Source: Octopus bimaculoides (taxonomy: Eukaryota). From it: a stretch of DNA of 64,000 nucleotides. The notes beneath the pieces were generated by a model, which worked only from the letters and a program-made list of their open reading frames with translations, ran no database searches and had not been told where the DNA came from. This document shows, piece by piece, positions 35,816-48,345 of the stretch. How positions within the stretch are numbered: position 1 is the stretch's first letter; every line of letters starts with the position of its first letter. The position numbers and the translations under genes were made by a program. Where the stretch lies: positions 53,552,810-53,616,809 of the forward strand of contig NC_068991.1 in NCBI RefSeq assembly GCF_001194135.2, read 5' to 3'.

Positions 35816-36437
35816 AAATATAGAGCCAGAAAAAGTACGCATTTTATCTAACATTGTAATGATTCTGCCAAATAATAGCAAGAGAAAACAAGTGTCTAAA
35901 ACACAGAGAAAAGGTGCCACGCTACTGAACGACATGTCCTTCAGATCAATGCTGGGTTTCTACAAACCCGAGAAAAATATGTGATACGAGGAAGAAAATA
36001 ATTTATTATAACGTCAAACAAAAACATTAAGGTACTGGAAACGCTTTAGTTTGGCCAACGAGTAAAAAATGTTCTTAAAGGCTTTTTGAGTGTAGCCAGT
36101 TTCAGTTAAACTAGTAGCAGACGAGAAGAGCCACGGGAGACACACAGTCGACCTAGGTAGTGATTCTTCATCCAGCTTCTGTTTTCCTTGTTTGAATTTT
36201 ATCTTGTGTTCATTATTGTATATTTTTAAATATAATTTTATATTTATTTTGTGTTATTTAATCCTCAAAATTTTAAAATAATCATATAATATTTTCGTTT
36301 CAGTACAAGTTTGTCTTGTCCACCCTCAAGTTTTTACGTTATATTTGTATGTATATATGAGCCCTTGTGACAAATAAAGAAATTATTATTATTATTATTA
36401 TTAGTGTTATTGTTATTATTATTATTATTGTTATTAG

Positions 36438-37365
36438 GGCGGCGAACTGGCAGAATCGTTACACGTTGGGTAATATGCTTAGCGGTATTTCGTCCATCTT
36501 TACTTTGCCTTTCATCCTTTTGGGGTCGATAAAATAGTAACAGTTGAGTACTGAGATCAATGTAATCTACTTACACAATGCCTTGAAATTACTGGCCTTG
36601 TACCAAAATTTGAAACTATTATTATTATTAATATTATTATTATTACAAGCTGGCAGAATTGTTACCGCGCCAGATAAAACGCTTAGTGACATTTCTTCTG
36701 GCTTTACGTTCTGAGTTCAAATGCCGCCGAGGTTGACTTTCTTTTTCATCCTTTCGGGATCGATAAAATAATGTATCAGCATTCGATTATCTCCTCCCGC
36801 CAAATTTCAGGCCTTGTACCTATAAAAGGATTATTATTATTAATATTATCTCGTGATGGCAGAATCGTTTGAGTGTCGGAGAAAATACTTTGTTTTCTTC
36901 TGACTCTTTACGTTTCGAGTTCAAATCATGCCAAGATTAACTTTGTTTTTCATTTTTCCGGGGTTGATAAAATAAAGTTCCAGTCAAGCGGTGAAGTTTA
37001 TTTAATAGACTAAACTCTGTTCCCCAAATTCAAGGTCTTGTACCGATATGAGAAAATTATTATTTTAGTATTATTATTGTTGTTGCTATTGAATGTTGCT
37101 GTGAGCACACGTACCTTCACCCCACTCCGTAGTTTTCAATATTATTATCAAACACTATTGTTTGGTAATATTATTATCAAGGATAATATTATTATCAATA
37201 TTATTATCAAGGCGGCGAGCGGGCAGAATTGTTAGCATGCTGAGCAAAATGCTTAGCGGCATTTCGTCCGTCTGCACGTTCTAAGTTCAAATTCCGCCGA
37301 GGTCGACTCTATCTTTCATCCTTTCGGTGTGGATAAAATAAGTTCTAGTTGAGCACTGGGTCAAT
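36438..37365 (+). mobile_element. Head-to-tail array of four SINE family B copies, CpG-rich
   Basis: Units at ~36438, 36645, 36855 and 37210 separated by (ATT)n. The 37210 copy retains ~11 CpG. Confidence 0.9.
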
Positions 37366-38082
37366 GAAAGGTATTTATAGGAAATTTCATAAAAAATTTC
37401 CCATTTTTCTGACAGCTATGAGGAAACAAAACCGACTCATGTGAATTTTCCGAAACTCCTCACTCCACCATCGGAAAAATATTTTTGCTACATACTCCGA
37501 TATAATCAGAATCTACACCATCTGAAGCGTATTTGTAGGAAATGTCATTAAAAAATATCCATTTTTCTGGAAGATATGAGGCAATAAATTTGGGCGGGGC
37601 ACACATGTACAAGAATGCCCATTTTCTTATTTAAACTCATTCGTTCAGGCATGAAAACAAAATGAAGAAACCAAAAGAAGATGATAAAAAAAATCTCAAC
37701 GAAAAGAGTAAATCTTGCAACAAAATTTAATCGTTGTTGCATGTTTTCAACCGTAAGAGAAAATTGAGGTTTTGTAATGGGTTAGTAAGGCATTATAATT
37801 CTTTGACCCTTTCACAGATACCTAATCAAATCTCAGAGGAACCAAAAGCAAAGAAGATCACCTAAATAATTCCACGCTCAGGAATTACAAATATCTTGAG
37901 TGAATGTAAAATGACGTTAAATTTATTAAAAGCTCTACATAATTAACGTCCTTTCTACTAGGAATGTCGGAAAACTTAAAAATCACATCAGGATGCAAAA
38001 TATCTGGACTGATACACGACAGATAAACGACGAGAAAGTAAATGTATTTATTTACTAGATTCAAACTGAATTAAACGGGATT

Positions 38083-38132
<50 letters not shown>

Positions 38133-38809
38133 ATCATGGATATATATATATATATATATTAGTTGGCATTAGACAGACGAGAAAGTAGGTAGAAACAGAA
38201 CAAAACGGATTTAATGAAAGACAGCCGATCAACGTAAGGGCTATAAGGAAGAGAGGTTAATTGATGAAGAACGATGTTGCTATAAATTGATATAGGGAAA
38301 TATAAAATATTTATGGATAAACTCAAAGCAGGATATAATGAACAGCTTTAGGTCTGTAGCAATTACGATATGGATTGCAGGATATTATTCACTTAAAGAT
38401 AAACATAAAATGTGGCTGTAAATATTTAAACATAATATTTATTGACTGACAAATAATATATGCATCTCTGATCATGAGTGTTAGTGGGGGAGCATCATAA
38501 CCAAGAATTGAGAGGAATTTTTGGCGGGTTTGAATAATTAACTTCTAGAAACGTAAGTGTTTCGTTCAATCATCCTCAAACAACCCTTTTTCAGAGACCT
38601 TTGGAGAGGAGTGGGAAACTCGACCCGAAGAAATGTCTAACTGAGCTCCACCTGCAAAGTCATGTGCTGTTTATCTTGAAACGAGATCACTATGTCGAGC
38701 ACATGCCAGATGTATCCTTATCAGACACGTAGTCACGATGGGCATATTGGGGTTCGTATATTTGTACCCCAGCGTCAATTTGATGGTTTGTGCTGTTCAC
38801 TCACTCACT

Positions 38810-38849
<40 letters not shown>

Positions 38850-39129
38850 GCTACTACTACTACTACTACTGATCTACTGATGATGATGATGATAATAGCT
38901 TGATATGTTTGGTATTTACGATTTTGAATGTCAAAAGACAAAATAGATAGCAAATAAGGTAATGGCTAGCATTTCTAATGTTGTAATAAACTAGGGAAAT
39001 TAATTTAATTAATATTATATTCTTGAGGGGAAATATTTATTTGGTTAATTATCAGTTCCGTTCAAGAAAGAGAAGAAAATAATCCCTAAAAGTTCATTAA
39101 TATAAATCCATTCTGTTTAGGAGAAATGG

Positions 39130-39200
39130 GTGGCATTTGTAGTAACGCCTGCGCATGCGTAGAATTAAACAAGCAAGCGTTTCCCGCTCAATTCATTCTC
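39130..39200. promoter_or_regulatory. Candidate housekeeping-type promoter
   Basis: TGCGCATGCG (NRF1-like) at 39150-39159, TTTCCCGC (E2F-like) at 39180-39187, ACTACAAATGCC on - (SBS/ZNF143-like) at ~39132-39143 and TCATTC (Inr-like) at ~39192, in CpG-rich unique sequence. Confidence 0.45.
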
Positions 39201-39892
39201 TTTCTCGCTGGCCAGCGATTGAGCATGGACGTGTGTTTAAAGCTGTCTCTACATCTTTCGGTCTTACGCTCGACAGCTCGTTATTCTCACCTCTAAAGAT
39301 GTATAACTAAAGATATGTATGTTTTACCAAGTAAATAAATGTTGTTTAAGTTGTTTAGTCTGGAGTTCAGCGTTCCGTCTATTTCTTTAATTTTTTAGTA
39401 GAAAGTCAGGTATACAATCTAAAGATGTATAACCCACTTTCTACTAAACATTCTTTTNNNNNNNNNNNNNNNNNNNNNNNNNNNNNNNNNNNNNNNNNNN
39501 NNNNNNNNNNNNNNNNNNNNNNNNNNNNNNNNNNNNNNNNNNNNNNNNNNNNNNNNNNNNNNNNNNNNNNNNNNNNNNNNNNNNNNNNNNNNNNNNNNNN
39601 NNNNNNNNNNNNNNNNNNNNNNNNNNNNNNNNNNNNNNNNNNNNNNNNNNNNNNNNNNNNNNNNNNNNNNNNNNNNNNNNNNNNNNNNNNNNNNNNNNNN
39701 NNNNNNNNNNNNNNNNNNNNNNNNNNNNNNNNNNNNNNNNNNNNNNNNNNNNNNNNNNNNNNNNNNNNNNNNNNNNNNNNNNNNNNNNNNNNNNNNNNNN
39801 NNNNNNNNNNNNNNNNNNNNNNNNNNNNNNNNNNNNNNNNNNNNNNNNNNNNNNNNNNNNNNNNNNNNNNNNNNNNNNNNNNNNNNNNNNNN

Positions 39893-39933
<41 letters not shown>

Positions 39934-39939
<6 letters not shown>

Positions 39940-41126
39940 AAGTAAGTTAAAAATTAAATGCACTTTTGTTTCCGTAATTTATTTTTAAAAAGCAGGATAT
40001 GAACAATTATATTATTTTTCGACATAGTCTTCTTGCTTTTCGATGCACGTCTTCCAGTGGTCCACTAGCTTGCTTATTCCATCGGAAAAGATTTTCGGCT
40101 GGTCGCGCTGGATGTTTGAGCGGTCCAGAGAGGTAATAGCAGAAAGGGGTGAGATCTGAGCTATACGCAGGTTGCTCTAGCAACTCGATTTTTGTTATCG
40201 AAACTCAATTTTTCAATGTTTCAACGGTGTGGGCGGCCGTATGAGGGCTTGCATTGTTATGCAACAATAACACTCGCTTTGACATTAGACCTCGGCTTTT
40301 GGTGCGAATTTTCTGGTGTTACTTTGTCCTCAGTATTTCACTGTAGCCTGCACTAGTAACTGTAGACCGCTTTGCTAGGTAATGTTCCAGTATAGGCATT
40401 TTTGCGACCCCAAAATGGTTAGCATCACCTTTTCCAATGGAAGGTTGAGTCTTGAATTTCTTTTTTGCTGGCGATTCCGGCTGTTTCCATTCCATAATAT
40501 GCCTTTTGGATCCTGGCTCAAAGTAATGGACCCAGGTCTCATCCCTTGGGACTATTCTCTCCAAAAATAACCTCGCCTTCATCGTTGTAGCGGTCGAATA
40601 AACGTTGACAGATCTCCACATAATTGCGCATATGCGCTTCGATAAACTCTCTTGGTACCCCTCTCGCACAAACTTTACAAGGCAAAACTTGGCGTGGATT
40701 ATTTCATAAGCAGAATCATGACTAATCTGCAGAGAACATGTCACCTCATTGGTGGCCATTCATCGGTTCGCCAGAACCATCTCTCGAACTTGTTGAATCT
40801 TCATGTCAGTGGTGGAGGCTATTGGGCGCCCTGCTTCCTCTTCGTGCTTCACGCTTGTCCGGCCATTTTTATATTTCACAATTCACTCACACACACTCCT
40901 ATGCAGCAGAGCGATGTTCCTGTATGTAATGAAAGCCTGTGATAAATTTCAGCCCTTGACACATCTTCAGACCCCCCAAAAAATCGTACTAGTGATCTCT
41001 GTGCTTTCTTGGTGCTCATTGCCAGTGCAGCGGTCACGTTTTCTCTGTAACACAAGAAAGAAAACTTGAGCAATCAAAATCCATCTTCGGTTACGTAACA
41101 ACAAGAATCCCACTTTTTAGTACGTA
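39934..41126 (-). mobile_element. Inactivated mariner transposon (irritans/marine-like lineage)
   Basis: STKKAQRSLVRF, DETWVHYFEP, MEWKQPESPAKKKFKTQPS, NASPHTA, YSSDLTPS and C-terminal KTCIEKQEDYVEK. Many frameshifts. TIRs not cleanly resolved, so the ends are approximate. Confidence 0.9.
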
Positions 41127-43870
41127 CTAAGATTGCACTAAGGCATTAGACGTGTTAAAAATGCTGTGTCATTAGCTTCATCGCATGAAACTAATAGTAT
41201 CACATAAAAACATATATTGTGTTTATTATGACCGCAGTTTTAAAGCTGAAACAGGTTAAAGAGTTTCCTGAGCGTCCAATAATACTATCCATATCACGTC
41301 CTCACTTTGTTGTTTTTTTTTGTTTTTTTGTTATTGTTTTTTTGAACTATATATATATNNNNNNNNNNNNNNNNNNNNNNNNNNNNNNNNNNNNNNNNNN
41401 NNNNNNNNNNNNNNNNNNNNNNNNNNNNNNNNNNNNNNNNNNTATATATAAAACTGTGCCGTTAAAAATGACGGCTAATTGTAGTATTTTATATATAAAA
41501 AGGGTATAAAATAAGGGTACATAATAATCACAGATACAAACATTTACATACTTCTCTTCTACATTCATACACATACACATATATACTCACACAGAGTTGA
41601 AATGCTGTTTGATTTTCCTTTTGAGCGTTGAACGTTCACCATCCAATTTCCATTACACACACATTCACACACACACACACACACATTCACATACCTCCCT
41701 TTTACATACACACATATACTCACACGGAGTTGAAACGTTGATTTTTTTCACACCTTTCGATATTCATCTATCACCCCTTCCTTTCTCATTCATATATTGT
41801 GACGGAGAAAAGTAGAAGATACACGACGCTCTCTTTGCCAATTCCTTTTTCTCATTGCTATTACTTTCTCTCACTCTCTCTCAGTCAGGGCTATTACTCT
41901 CACAACTCCTCCTTCACTGAATTACTATTTTCTCTCCTCTCCCTTCACTTATACTACTCTTTCTCCTACGTCCTAGTCCTACTCTGTGATTTTGGACAAA
42001 TATATGTATGTATGTATGTATGTATATATATACTTACTTGGAAATGGATGCGCCGCGTTCAATTAAATAATAAATAATATATATATATATATGTATACAT
42101 ACATGCATATATGGGTACAGGACGTCACCAACGGTGCAAACAACATGATATACGTTAACAAACGTGTCAAATACGCAAACAACGAGAAAAATAGCAAACA
42201 GGACAAGTAAACACAGAGAAAGGACCCTTCATCAGTTGTCAGCTGTCTGTCTACTCCTCATTTCGAGCATTCAACAATAATATGAGCCTTCAAAGACAGT
42301 TGCTCCCATAAATTCTAAAATAAAATTTAGGATTTATGGAGGATCAAAGTTGGGAACAAAAACATGACAGTGGAGACATATAAGGAAACTGAACGAAAAC
42401 AAATATATAAAAACACTACGCTCATTATTCTATTAGGAGATTAGATGTCAGAGGCCCAAATTGTGTGTTGGCTGGGGCCATGGGAGGGTCGTGGTGACTG
42501 TCAGATATGCCCATTCAAAAAATTTAATACAAGAAATACTAAGAAATACTATGGAATTACCAAGTGCTGTATTGTGTTGTGGCTATTTATAATGGTCAGT
42601 TGTGTTTATGCAAACAATCTGGCATGTAGTCTGACTATGACGTAATTTGGCGCCTTGTAACGGAACTGCTATAAACATTGATAAAAAGGAGTGCAGAAAG
42701 TAGGCCATATAAATTTAAAAGAACAAGGAAAACGATTTATGTGAAGAAACAATTTCCGTCAAATCAACTCGATGGATTGTATTCAATGGAGATAACCGAA
42801 TCTTTAAACGTCTATTTCTAGTAATCAATAATTGTATCTCCCCATCAAAACGTTAATAAAGTCTATACTGTCGGCTGTAATGCTTTGTATTCGAGGTCAG
42901 AACTTCCAAATTACCCAATCGACCAAGATGTAAACAGGATGGAAGAGGAAAAAAAAATTATGCCTGTCCGAAGGAGTGGGGAAAGACATTGGTTTATTGA
43001 CAAATGTCTTCTGCTGCAGATGCCTATCGACCACATTTCTCTTTGAGAAACGTCTTCCCAAATAGAAGCTGCGCGGCAGCGAATTACAGTTTATTATAGG
43101 CCATTTGTGTTTTATACTTAACGCAAATACATCGCAAAAAGCAAATTTACTACGGTATTCGTCCGAAGATAAATCTTTTATGGACGTGCTGCGTTTAAAA
43201 ACATAAATACATCAGTAGCAGACGAAGACTGTTCATCAGCAGTGGCGAGAATGCTGCATGCGCATCTCTGTCCCTTTGAGCTTTATCCGTAGCATGTTCA
43301 CTCTATCATATAACGAAATCCGTCGCTACTGATATAGGAAAACAGTGATTAAATAATCACTGGCGCTGCAATTAGATTCAGACTGAATAAAAATCTGTTA
43401 CATGCAACAGAAAAAGTATAGAATTAAAATAGACAGCTGTGTATCATATTCAATGTAAATACAGCAAGAAAGAGTTGAATTTACTGCAGTATTCGTCATC
43501 TTTGCTTGTGCACAATATGTATGTGATGACAAAGAGAAATTAAACTGTGCATGAATATATACGAGTCGACAACTTGGGCAAGTGTCTTCTACTATAGTCT
43601 CGGAGCAAACAAAGCCTTGTGAGTGGATTTAGTAGACGGACACTGGAAGAAACCCCGTCGTATATATATCGACCTCACTACTTGGATTTTCAAGGCGGTG
43701 CCCCAGCATGGTCGCAGTCTAATGACTGAAACAAATAAAAGATAAAAGATACAAGATGAATATACGGCCAACTTAATCGTTAGAAACTGAAGGTGTTCGT
43801 CATTTGCAGTTTACAACCTGCCTTGGGTAATGCTCTGTTATCCCCAAGTACCTCGTTCAACTAAATCACT

Positions 43871-44005
43871 GTCTTCTTCTTCTTCTTCTTCTTCTTCTTC
43901 TTCTTCTTCTTCTTCTTCTTCTTCTTCTTCTTTTTCTTCTTCTTCTTCTTCTTCTTCTTCTTCTTCTTCTTCTTCTTCTTCTTCTTCTTCTTCTTCTTCT
44001 TCTTC
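43871..44005. repeat. (TCT)n microsatellite
   Basis: Directly visible; source of the poly-Ser ORF 43830-44030. Confidence 0.95.
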
Positions 44006-44269
44006 TTTAATAAACCGGTTGATCTCTTGAGAGTTAAGTGTTATGGCATCTACTCAGAGTGAAATACTTCTCAATTGTTATTTTAAGGAGAGAATATATT
44101 TTATGTCCCAGTAATCTGTTGTCAGGTCAACAACTTCAACAGTTAAAATATTTTATAGGCTTCTAGTCACTTACTTTTGATGCGATGATTTTTTTTTACG
44201 TCTTTGACACTTAGAAATTGGTTAAGGATGGGGTTATGGCCCATTCAATCAATATCAGTAAATGGTGCA

Positions 44270-46105
44270 GGTGTGGCTGTGTGGAAAGAAGTCTGCTTGC
44301 TAAACACGTGGTTCTGAGTTCAGTTCCACTGCGTGACACTTTGGGTAAGTGTCTTCTACTGTACCTTCCTCGGGCCGACCAAAGCCTTGTGAGTCAAGGA
44401 TTTGGTAAACAGAAAAGCCCATCGTATATGTGGGTGTGTTGTAAGAAGCTTGTTTCTCAACCACATGGTTTCAGGTTCAGTCCTACTGCGTGGCACCTTG
44501 GGCAAGNNNNNNNNNNNNNNNNNNNNNNNNNNNNNNNNNNNNNNNNNNNNNNNNNNNNNNNNNNNNNNNNNNNNNNNNNNNNNNNNNNNNNNNNNNNNNN
44601 NNNNNNNNNNNNNNNNNNNNNNNNNNNNNNNAATTCAGAAACATAAAGACAGACGAAATGTCGTGAAGCATTTTACCCGGCGTGCTTACGATTATGCCAG
44701 CTCACCACCATTCTTTGGGGAATATTCTTTTCTAGTCTCAGCACAAGGCCCAAAATTTTGGGGAAGGGGGTCAGTCAATTAGATCGACCCCAGTACGCAA
44801 CTGGTACTTAATTTATGGACCCCGAAAGGATGAAAGTCAAAGTCAACCTCGGCGGAATTTGAACTCAGAACATGAAGACGGACGAAATGTCGCGAAGCAT
44901 TTTGCCCTGCGTGCTTACAATTCTGCCAGCTCACCGCCACTTGTTTGAAATATTGACATTTCTGTAGAACAGTAGTTTCCAGTTGGGGTTCATATGGCAC
45001 TTGAGGGTCAATGTAAGATTCTGCTGTTAAAATTTATGTGCAATAAATTGGTCATATAATTACAATACACGAAATATCTGAACAATTTTTTTTTGTACAA
45101 TTTCATATAATATTTAATTATGAAAATATAATAGGCGCAGGTGTGGCTGTATGGTAAGAAGCTGTGTTCCCAATCAATGGTTCAGGGTTCAATCCCATTT
45201 TGTAGCACCTTGGGCAAGTGTTTTCTACAATAGCCTCGGGCTGACCAAAGCCTAGTGAGCGGATTTGGTAGACGGAAACTGAAAGAAGCCCGTCGTGTAT
45301 ATATATATATATATATATATATAAGTGTGTGTGTGTGTTTGTCCCCGACCGCTGTTTGACAACCGGTGCTGGTGGGCTTAGGTCCCTGTAAGTTAGCGGT
45401 TCGGCAAAAGAGACCGATAGAATAAGTACCATGCTTTAAAGAAATAAGTACTGGAGCCGATACATTATCCGACTAAAAATTCTTCAAGGTGGTGCCCCAG
45501 CATGGCTGCAGTGTAATGACAGGAGCAAGTAAAAGATGAAAGATAGGAATTATTTTGTAAACATCTATTGTCTACCAAATCCATTCACAAGGCTTTGGTC
45601 GGCCCGAGGCTATAGTAGAAGACACTTGCCCAAGGTGCCACACAGTGGGGCTCAATCCGGAACCATGTGGTTGGTAAGCAAGCTACTTACCACACAGCCA
45701 CTCCTACGCCTAAAATTTTGGGAAGTGGGAGGGGATAGTCGATTACATCAACTCCAATACTTGACTGGTACTTATTTTATCGACCTCGACAGGTTTAAAG
45801 GCAATGTAAGCCTCGGTGGAATTTGAAATCAGAACGTAAAGAAGGACAAAATGCCGCTAAGCATTTTTCCAGGCGTGCGAACGATTCTGCCAGCTCTCCT
45901 CTTTGGTTTCAAATTTTTCTTTTGCTTTTATTTATTATTTTTGTTTTTTTACTTGTTTCTGTTATTAGACTACGACCATGCTGGGCGCACCGCCTTGAAG
46001 AATTTTTTGTCTAATGAGTCCACTCCAGTATTATTCTACCGGAATCTTTTGCCGAACCGCTATGTTGTAATGTGTGTGTGTGTGGGAGTCAAACACAAAC
46101 ACAAA

Positions 46106-46200
<95 letters not shown>

Positions 46201-47190
46201 AGGCCTCTTTCAGTTTCCATCTACCAATTCCACTCACAAGGCTCTGATCGGGCCGAATCTGTAGTAGAAGACATTTCACGAAGATGCCACGCAGTGGGAC
46301 TGAACCCGGAACCATGTGGTTAGGAAGTACACTTCTTACTACACTGGCACGCCTGTGAAAAATATTTCAAATTTTGGCACAAGGCCAGCAATTCCAGTAG
46401 AGGGGGTAAGTCGATTACATCGACTCCAGTGTTCAACTGGTACTTTTTTCATCCACCCTGAAAGGATGAAAGGCAGAGACGACCTCGGCAGAATTTGAAC
46501 TTAGACCGTAAGGATGGACGAAATGCCGCTAAGCATTTTGCCCGGCGTGCTACGATTCTGCCAGCTTGCCGCCTTAATAATGGTTTCAAATTTTCGTGGG
46601 GAAAGGGGTAAGTCGATTACATGGCCCCCACTGATCAAACGCTACTTATTTTAAACACCCCGAAAGGATGAAAGGCAAAGTCGACTTCGGTGGAGTTTGA
46701 ACTCAGACCGTGAGGACGGACGAAATGCCGCTAAGTATTTGACTTGGAGTGCTAACGATTCTGCCAGCTCGCTACCTCAATAACCCTTTTTACTATAGGC
46801 ACAGGGACTGAAATTTCCTGGGAAGGAGTATGTCGATTACATCGACCTAACGTCGCCCTCGATGGCATTTGAACTCAGAATGTAAAGACGGACGAAATGT
46901 CGCTAAGCATTTTGCCCGGCGTGCTAACGATTCTGCCAACTCACTGCTTTAATAATCATTTCTATTACAGGTACAAGGCCCGACATTTTGGGGGAGAGTC
47001 CAGTCGATTAGATCGACACCAGTACGCAACTGGTATCTAATTTATTGACCCCCCCGAAAGGATGAAAGATATAGTCGACCTCGGCAGAATTTGAACTCAG
47101 AAAATAGCAGCAGACGAAATACTGCTAAGCATTTTGCCCGGCGTGCTAATGATTCTGCTAGCTCACCGCCTTTCGCCGCTTTAATAATAA
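44270..47190. mobile_element. Dense SINE cluster: family A copies on both strands and family B copies on -, including a four-unit array at 46361-47185
   Basis: Family A heads at ~44270, 44425 and 45133 (+) and at 45560-45710 and 45940-46355 (-). Family B at 44630-44940, 45710-45900 and 46361-47185 (-). Confidence 0.85.
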
Positions 47191-48062
47191 CTAAACCTTG
47201 ACTGTTCTCCAAATGGCGGTGTTAATGTAACACTTATTCCCTTGACGAAGTACTGTGACTATCAGAAAGAGTCACTGGAATGAAAACATTGAAATGTACT
47301 GACTTGCACATTTTCATTCTTTAGCCGTGAATGCAAAAAAAACCCCAGAAATATGAGCTGCTCTCTAGTTGCTATTAGCTTTCTTTCTCTTAAATACCAG
47401 TCGTTTTCTTTCAAGTAACATTCCTTGACCCATATAGATTCCCTAACAAGAAATATGGTTTCACTTACAAATCCCCAGCCTAACCCATAAAAAATAAGCT
47501 ATCGTTCACTCCAGCTTTTTCAACGCAACAATTGATGAAAAGGGAATTTTTCACGTTCTGTTCCTTGACTTTCGCTCTCTGAGAAAGCAAAGTGATTGTC
47601 TGGTGCTGAAAGTTGGCATATTCTGTTGTTATAGAGTTAAAGGGTAAAATATATAGCGTTCTGAGTAGACTATTTTTGTTTCTCATCCCTCCGGGATCAA
47701 TAAACTGGGATCGATATCATCCACTAACATTCTCCTCATATATATATATNNNNNNNNNNNNNNNNNNNNNNNNNNNNNNNNNNNNNNNNNNNNNNNNNNN
47801 NNNNNNNNNNNNNNNNNNNNNNNNNNNNNNNNNNNNNNNNNNNNNNNNNNNNNNNNNNNNNNNNNNNNNNNNNNNNNNNNNNNNNNNNNNNNNNNNNNNN
47901 NNNNNNNNNNNNNNNNNNNNNNNNNNNNNNNNNNNNNNNNNNNNNNNNNNNNNNNNNNNNNNNNNNNNNNNNNNNNNNNNNNNNNNNNNNNNNNNNNNNN
48001 NNNNNNNNNNNNNNNNNNNNNNNNNNNNNNNNNNNNNNNNNNNNNNNNNNNNNNNNNNNNNN

Positions 48063-48294
48063 ATTTGGCAAATTCGTTAGCACGCCGGGCAAAATGCTTA
48101 GCGGCATTTCGTCCGTCCTTACGTTCTGCGTTAAAATCCACCTAAGTCGAGTTTGTCTTTCATCCTTTCGGGTCGTTAAAATAAGTACCAATCAAGTACT
48201 AAGATTGATATAATCGACTAGTCCCCTTCCTACAAATTTCAGGCCTTGTACCTATTGTAGAAATAATAATTATTATCATTATCATCACCATCAG

Positions 48295-48343
<49 letters not shown>

Positions 48344-48345
48344 TA
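48063..48345 (+). mobile_element. SINE family B copy with long (ATT)n tail
   Basis: ggcaaattcgttagcacgccgggcaaaatgcttagcggcatttcgtcc..., tail at 48265-48345. Confidence 0.85.
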
